Positions 58,818 to 64,000 of a stretch of DNA of 64,000 nt are shown here, piece by piece; positions within the stretch are counted from its first letter, which is position 1; the number at the start of each line of letters is the position of its first letter. The stretch covers positions 1-64,000 of the forward strand of contig CAXBBL010000010.1 in assembly GCA_963974215.1 (NCBI GenBank), written 5' to 3'. Source of the DNA: an uncultured Schleiferiaceae bacterium. GTDB lineage: Bacteria; Bacteroidota; Bacteroidia; Flavobacteriales; Schleiferiaceae. Below the pieces are notes generated by a model. That model made no database searches, was not told the DNA's origin, and saw only the letters and a list, made by a program, of their open reading frames with translations. The position numbers and the translations under genes were made by a program.

Positions 58818-59730
58818 GCTTGGCTGGGTAGTCAGTGATAATTCCATTTACCCCCATATCAATAAGTCGTTTGGCTTCTTCAATTTCATTTACCGTCCAG
58901 GGAATCACTTCTATTCCTTGGCTTTGCAATTGCCTTAGATGATGCTCTTTTAATAGAGGGTAATAGCAACTGTACACATCTGGGTAAAAGCCCAATTCAT
59001 TAATCTGTTCACTAGGGATTTTATCGGCATCTTCCGTAAGGTAAACCAACCTTATTTCTGGATCCTTTGCGTGAATGTACTGCAAGACACGCGGATCAAA
59101 ACTTTGGATACTCACCCTTTCAGCTAATCCTAATTCTTTAATAAAATCTAGCAGTAACTGAGCGTATACCTTATGATCAGGATGAAACTCTCCTTCCCAT
59201 TCTGGTCGAGACTTAATCTCAATATTAAATTTCGGACTGTTTCTATTCAAGTTTAAAGCCCCTTCCTCTACCGCGCTGAGGACATCGATTAAACGTGGCT
59301 TTCCTACCGACTCATTTTCTTGGCCGGGAAAATTTGGGTTGCGTTTAGAGCCGCAATCAATTTCCTTAATCTGTTCCCAATTTAAATGAAAAAGGTTGTT
59401 TTCTAAACTATCCTCATCACTGAAAAGACAAATGGCGTCATTAAAATAGGGTTCATGCGACAGTATGAGGACCGAATCCTTAGTTACAACCACATCCATC
59501 TCTAAAGTATTTACCCCTTCCTGCATAGCTCGCAGCATGGCTGGAATAGTGTTTTCTGGGGCTTCCCCTCTCGCACCGCGATGACCTTGCCAATCGAAGT
59601 TTTCTTGGGCATCATATTTTTGGCAAGAAAAAAGACCTACGAGCAAAAGCATCATAGGTCCTATGTTTAGTAGACTTTTCATTCTATTTTCCTTTTCGAG
59701 TAGCTTCACCAATCCAGTCCCACATTTCAT
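58774..59730 (-). CDS. Glycerophosphodiester phosphodiesterase (GDPD family)
   Basis: 318 aa. Signal peptide. HRGARGEAPENT catalytic motif and E..DV.T.D.V.V.HE pattern. Confidence 0.85.
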   Translation of the reverse strand: MKCGTGLVKLLEKENRMKSLLNIGPMMLLLVGLFSCQKYDAQENFDWQGHRGARGEAPENTIPAMLRAMQEGVNTLEMDVVVTKDSVLILSHEPYFNDAICLFSDEDSLENNLFHLNWEQIKEIDCGSKRNPNFPGQENESVGKPRLIDVLSAVEEGALNLNRNSPKFNIEIKSRPEWEGEFHPDHKVYAQLLLDFIKELGLAERVSIQSFDPRVLQYIHAKDPEIRLVYLTEDADKIPSEQINELGFYPDVYSCYYPLLKEHHLRQLQSQGIEVIPWTVNEIEEAKRLIDMGVNGIITDYPAKLIGALGSLDKTQTD

Positions 59731-60559
59731 CGGGAACAGCTTGTAAAAAGTTTAACTCGCCAGCCCCTAGTAACCACTCTCCGCCGTCAATAGTTACAAT
59801 CTCACCGTTCATATAGGGAGCGAAATCACTCACCAAATAAGCAGCTAGATTAGCAAGCTCTTGCAGATCTCCTGCTCTTTTTAAAGGAATTTGATTTTCC
59901 ACCTTTAGCATATCAGGTATATCACCCGGCATCAAACGACTCCAAGCACCTTCGGTTGGAAATGGCCCTGGGGCAATCGCATTAAAGCGAATTCCATAAC
60001 GCGCCCACTCCACGGCTAAAGATCTAGTCATAGCGGAAACGCCCGCTTTTGCCATAGCTGATGGCACCACAAAAGCAGAGCCTGTATTGGCATAGGTGGT
60101 AGTGATGCTTAATACCACTTTATCTCTCTGTTCTTTGCTAATCCAATCCTTTGCAAAAGCAAGGGTACAGTTTTTAGTCCCCTTCAAAACAATATCAATT
60201 ACCGCGTCAAAAGCTCCTGGAGACAAACGTTCGGTGGGGCTAATAAAATTGCCCGCCGCATTATTTAATAATACATCTACCCGCGAGTATTTTTCTAGAA
60301 CAGCATCGCGGAAAGCTTCCACCTCATCGTATTTACGAACATCGCAAGTCTTGTAAAACACCTCGCCACCTTTGGCTGCCACCATTTCTTCGGACGCTTT
60401 CGCTAGAACCTCTTCTCGTCTGCCGCAAATCGCCAACTTGGCTCCCAACTCTAAAAAATACTCTCCCATGGCACGACCCAAACCCGTACCTCCACCAGTA
60501 ATCACAATCACCTTACCAGCTAATGCATCATCGCGCAGCATTCCTTTTGTATAAGTCAT
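59684..60559 (-). CDS. SDR-family oxidoreductase (2,4-dienoyl-CoA reductase-like)
   Basis: The start is taken at the internal Met (MTYTKGMLRDDALAGKVIVITGGGTGLGRAM, Rossmann motif), not the ORF-track 60712. The longer form would overlap the divergent opdB gene and would add a non-conserved leader. Confidence 0.75.
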   Translation of the reverse strand: MTYTKGMLRDDALAGKVIVITGGGTGLGRAMGEYFLELGAKLAICGRREEVLAKASEEMVAAKGGEVFYKTCDVRKYDEVEAFRDAVLEKYSRVDVLLNNAAGNFISPTERLSPGAFDAVIDIVLKGTKNCTLAFAKDWISKEQRDKVVLSITTTYANTGSAFVVPSAMAKAGVSAMTRSLAVEWARYGIRFNAIAPGPFPTEGAWSRLMPGDIPDMLKVENQIPLKRAGDLQELANLAAYLVSDFAPYMNGEIVTIDGGEWLLGAGELNFLQAVPDEMWDWIGEATRKGK

Positions 60560-60651
60560 AATCGGTTGTTTTAATCTTTCAGCGCAATATAAGTAAATAT
60601 GCGCCTTAAGTATTTCCTTCTCTGTAGTTTTGCCTAAATTTAAATACAAAG

Positions 60652-62721
60652 ATGTCTTCACTAAAAAGCAGAGCTCCTCAAGCGGCAAAAATACCTCATC
60701 CACTTCTTGCACATGGCGATGAACGAGAGGACCATTACTATTGGTTAAGAGATAAAGAAAAGGCAGAAACCATTGCCTACCTAGAAGAAGAAAACGCCTA
60801 TCATAAAGCGTTCATGCAGGTTACAGAAGATTTACAAGAAACCTTATTTCAAGAAATTAAAGGCCGCATAAAAGAAGACGATCAATCTGTTCCTTACCAA
60901 AAACATGGTTATTGGTATTATATCCGTTACAACAAAGGGCAAGAACACCCACTTTACTGTCGTAAAAAAGGTAGCCTAAAAGGCGAAGAGGAAATTCTTA
61001 TTGATGCCAATATCGAAGCCGCCAAGCACAGTTTTTATCAAATTGGCGGCTTAAGCATTAGCCCCGACAACCAATGGTTGGCTTATGGAGTGGATACCTT
61101 GAGCCGCAGGATTTACACCATACATTTTAAAAACCTAGCCACAGGTGAGGTTTTAAAACGAGAAATTAAAGAAACCACCGGCTCTTGCACTTGGTCTGCG
61201 GATAGCTCTTTTATTTTTTACACGACCAAAGATGAAACACTGCGACCCAATAAAGTTTTTCGTCATCACTTCATCAGTAAGAGTGACGGCCCCTTTGAAG
61301 ACGTCGAAATTTTTCATGAAGAAGACCCCACTTTTGTTTGTAGCGTTTACAAATCGAAAAGTGAAGACTTCATTTTAATCGGTTGCTATAGCACTTTATC
61401 GAATGAATTCCGCTTTATAAAATCGGATCAGCCCGAGAACGATTTCAGCATTATTCAACCTCGTAAGCAGGACCTAGAATACATGGTAGCTCATTTTGGC
61501 GAACATTGGTATATCCGCACTAATTACCAGCAGGCGGATAATTTTAAACTGATGCGCTGCCCCATTTACAAAAGCCTCTGCGAAAACTGGGAAGAAGTAA
61601 TTCCCCACCGCGAAGACATATTTTTAGAAGGTATTGAGCTATTTAGAAATTACCTAGTAATTGAAGAGCGTAAAGAAGGTCTCACTAAAATTCGAGTAAA
61701 ACGTTGGGACGGAAGCCTCGATTACTACATGGATTTTGGCAGTGAAACTTATACCGCAGGCTGTGGCATTAACCCCGATTTTGATAGCGAAAACCTACGC
61801 TACTCCTACTCTTCCCTCACAAGCCCTAATGCGGTGATGGAAATAAACATGCAGACACAAGAAAAGCAGCTCTTAAAACAGCAGGAAGTAGTGGGCGGCT
61901 ATGATGAAAACCTCTACCAGTCGGAACGTATTTGGGCCGAGGGGCATGATGGCACTAAGATTCCTATGTCACTAGTTTACCGCAAAGATTGCTTTAAAAA
62001 AGGACAGCCTCAAAAAACATTGCTTTACGCCTATGGCTCATATGGTCATACCATCGAACCCAATTTCTCTTCCACTCGTTTAAGCTTATTAGACCGCGGA
62101 TTCATCTTTGTCATTGCCCATGTGCGCGGCGGACAGTACCTCGGTCGCAAATGGTATGAAGAGGGTAAAATGCTTAAAAAGCGTAATACTTTCTACGATT
62201 ATATCGCTTGCGCAGAACACCTTATCAAAGAAAAATACACCAGTCCAAAATTATTAAGCGGCTTAGGCGGAAGCGCCGGCGGACTGCTTATTGGCGCGGT
62301 AATAAACCTCAAACCCGAGCTTTTCCACGCCATGATTGCGGCGGTGCCTTTTGTTGATGTGGTAACCACCATGCTCGACGAAAGTATTCCTTTGACTACG
62401 GGGGAGTACGACGAATGGGGTAACCCCAATAATGACGAGTATTATCAATACATGAAATCCTATTCGCCTTACGATAATGTGAAAGCGCAAAACTATCCTG
62501 CCTTGCTCATTACCACCGGCTTACACGATTCGCAGGTTCAATACTGGGAACCCGCTAAATGGTGCGCAAAATTGCGAGAAACAAAAACAGACACCAATCC
62601 GCTTTTACTCTATACCAATATGAAAACCGGGCATGGTGGTGCGAGCGGTCGTTTTGAGGCTCTGCGCGAAACCGCCATGGAATACGCCTTCTTAATTCAT
62701 CTCTTAAATGAAGAAGCTTAG
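60652..62721 (+). CDS. ptrB: Oligopeptidase B / prolyl-oligopeptidase-family S9 serine protease
   Basis: 689 aa. N-terminal beta-propeller. C-terminal catalytic Ser in GGSAGGLL, with Asp and His (TGLHDSQV, KTGHGG) in order. Confidence 0.85.
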   Translation: MSSLKSRAPQAAKIPHPLLAHGDEREDHYYWLRDKEKAETIAYLEEENAYHKAFMQVTEDLQETLFQEIKGRIKEDDQSVPYQKHGYWYYIRYNKGQEHPLYCRKKGSLKGEEEILIDANIEAAKHSFYQIGGLSISPDNQWLAYGVDTLSRRIYTIHFKNLATGEVLKREIKETTGSCTWSADSSFIFYTTKDETLRPNKVFRHHFISKSDGPFEDVEIFHEEDPTFVCSVYKSKSEDFILIGCYSTLSNEFRFIKSDQPENDFSIIQPRKQDLEYMVAHFGEHWYIRTNYQQADNFKLMRCPIYKSLCENWEEVIPHREDIFLEGIELFRNYLVIEERKEGLTKIRVKRWDGSLDYYMDFGSETYTAGCGINPDFDSENLRYSYSSLTSPNAVMEINMQTQEKQLLKQQEVVGGYDENLYQSERIWAEGHDGTKIPMSLVYRKDCFKKGQPQKTLLYAYGSYGHTIEPNFSSTRLSLLDRGFIFVIAHVRGGQYLGRKWYEEGKMLKKRNTFYDYIACAEHLIKEKYTSPKLLSGLGGSAGGLLIGAVINLKPELFHAMIAAVPFVDVVTTMLDESIPLTTGEYDEWGNPNNDEYYQYMKSYSPYDNVKAQNYPALLITTGLHDSQVQYWEPAKWCAKLRETKTDTNPLLLYTNMKTGHGGASGRFEALRETAMEYAFLIHLLNEEA

Positions 62722-64000
62722 TCTCCCTCAAAATAAGATCGCGCAGGCTTTTATCCTTGTGGTGGCGGCTTGTACTATTTTTTGGCAGTACCCACAGTTG
62801 CAGTTTACGCATGATGAACTAAGTGCATTGCATAGAACTGAGTTTTCTAACTTCAGCGAACTGATCGAAAAAGGTGTTCTCATTGAAGGACATCCCGCTG
62901 GGGTGCAAACTTTTCTATACTATTATGCACCCCTCGTAAATTACAGTCTTTGGGGACTTAAACTTCCCTTTAGTCTGCTCGCTCTTGCTTCCATTTTACT
63001 GGTTTTCGCTATTGCAAAAACAATTAATCAAGTAGAGGCCGGTATTTACACTGGGGCGATAATGGCGGTTAGTCAGTACTTTATTTATTATGGCCAAATT
63101 ATTCGTCCTTACGAAGTGGGCCTGTTTTTCTGCTTATTAAGTGCTTGGTTTTGGATGCGTTACTTTTATAAAGAGGCTCATTTTAAATACTTAATAGGCT
63201 TTGCGTTGGCAGCGGCCGGTGCGGCTTATACCCATCAATTTGCACTTTTAATGGTGGCCATAATGGGTTTACACGCCCTCTTTATCGCTCGCGGTCGGTC
63301 GCTGTTGGAGTGGATATTTTGTGGCTTACTAACCTTTTTACTCTACCTACCGCATCTTGGAATTTTCTTCCACCAACTTTCTTTGGGCGGCGTTGGATCT
63401 TGGCTAGCCAAGCCGAGTGATACCTTTATTTTAGAATACGGCGCTTATATATTCCACTTCTCTTACCTCTTTATCGCAGCTATTTTCATCGCCCTTCTCC
63501 TCCCTTCTTGGAAGATCAAAAAGCTTAAACATTGGGAAGGAGTCATTTGGTTTAGCGCTACTTTTTTAATTGGCTTCATTTACTCACGCGCCGTAAATCC
63601 GGTGATCCAATATTCCACCCTCATTTTTGCAGCCCCTCTTTTATTGCTTTCACTTTTCGCTCTTCGGCAGATGCGCTTGCAATGGGTTTCTCTGCTTCTA
63701 CTAATGTCTACCGGTCTTTATTCGCTTTACGCAGGTAGAGAACATTACCCTTTAACTTATCAAAGCACATTTAAATATCCCCGCGAATATGTAAGCCATC
63801 GAGGTCTGGATAATTCGGCCTTAATCTTACAATTAAACAAGGAAAAATGGGACTTTTACGCCCAACTCGACGGATATGAGAGTGCCCAAAACTACCACTA
63901 TCAAAATCCGCTGAACCTGATAAAATATCTGAAAGATTTCCCAAGCCAAGAAATCGTGCTGGCAAGTGATCATACTAGCCCCTTATTTTTAGGAAGCTTA
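62708..64000 (+). CDS. Polytopic membrane protein, likely GT39/ArnT-like glycosyltransferase (3' end beyond window)
   Basis: Open frame from the ATG at 62708 (MKKLSLPQNKIAQAFILVVAA...) that overlaps the opdB stop. Strongly hydrophobic. I translated only the first ~100 codons by hand; the continuation to the window end is inferred from the absence of a listed stop-bounded ORF there. Confidence 0.45.
   Translation, partial: MKKLSLPQNKIAQAFILVVAACTIFWQYPQLQFTHDELSALHRTEFSNFSELIEKGVLIEGHPAGVQTFLYYYAPLVNYSLWGLKLPFSLLALASILLVFAIAKTINQVEAGIYTGAIMAVSQYFIYYGQIIRPYEVGLFFCLLSAWFWMRYFYKEAHFKYLIGFALAAAGAAYTHQFALLMVAIMGLHALFIARGRSLLEWIFCGLLTFLLYLPHLGIFFHQLSLGGVGSWLAKPSDTFILEYGAYIFHFSYLFIAAIFIALLLPSWKIKKLKHWEGVIWFSATFLIGFIYSRAVNPVIQYSTLIFAAPLLLLSLFALRQMRLQWVSLLLLMSTGLYSLYAGREHYPLTYQSTFKYPREYVSHRGLDNSALILQLNKEKWDFYAQLDGYESAQNYHYQNPLNLIKYLKDFPSQEIVLASDHTSPLFLGSL

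Noticed and set aside
59684-60712. Longer 342-aa form of the SDR gene starting at 60712
   Set aside because: The extra 51 aa precede the Rossmann motif and are not SDR-like. They would also overlap the divergent opdB gene. The internal Met at 60559 gives a standard SDR N-terminus.

Overview
The window is a chromosomal segment from a Bacteroidota bacterium, most likely a marine member of Flavobacteriia. The evidence for that placement is: the minus-strand 5' half of a 16S rRNA gene at the left edge; type IX secretion and gliding genes (porU, porV, porP/sprF, gldJ followed by murF); TAnnTTTG-type promoter boxes; and a proteorhodopsin with Met at the spectral-tuning position plus a blh retinal-synthesis gene.

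Most of the window is ordinary core genome: the pdh E1alpha/E2 genes, cdd, murF, anmK, an exbB-exbD-tonB-folC block, recA, comM, an ECF sigma factor and oligopeptidase B.

Four regions look like accessory or unusual sequence:
1. A co-directional eleven-gene block at 24.3-38.1 kb. In order it encodes a YbjN/YjfI-like protein, PspA/IM30, an NfeD-like membrane protein, a long flotillin (SPFH) protein, a 1638-aa protein (N-terminal globular region, about 600 aa of coiled coil, C-terminal MoxR-type AAA+ ATPase), a small SAM methyltransferase, a DUF4178-like protein, a lipoprotein with an Arg/Ser-rich tail, a double-DUF350 membrane protein, a membrane-anchored spermidine-synthase-like protein and a class-1 AdoMet decarboxylase. 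It is divergently paired with an HTH-XRE/S24-peptidase repressor plus PLD-family (HKD) nuclease operon. It resembles, but is much larger than, the uncharacterised E. coli yjfIJKLMC (PspA-family / DUF350 / polyamine) operon. This is the best candidate for an undescribed membrane-stress and polyamine system.
2. A proteorhodopsin-blh pair directly downstream of the 3' end of tRNA-Val(TAC).
3. A family of roughly 190-bp MITE-like repeats with 14-35 bp terminal inverted repeats. There are three full copies, one carrying a 74-bp insert, plus a mini-palindromic copy and a degenerate fragment. Two copies in direct orientation bracket a histidine-kinase / zinc-ribbon gene pair.
4. Several strong rho-independent terminators, one of them an orphan with no gene in the preceding ~260 bp.

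No CRISPR array, transposase or prophage structural genes were seen.
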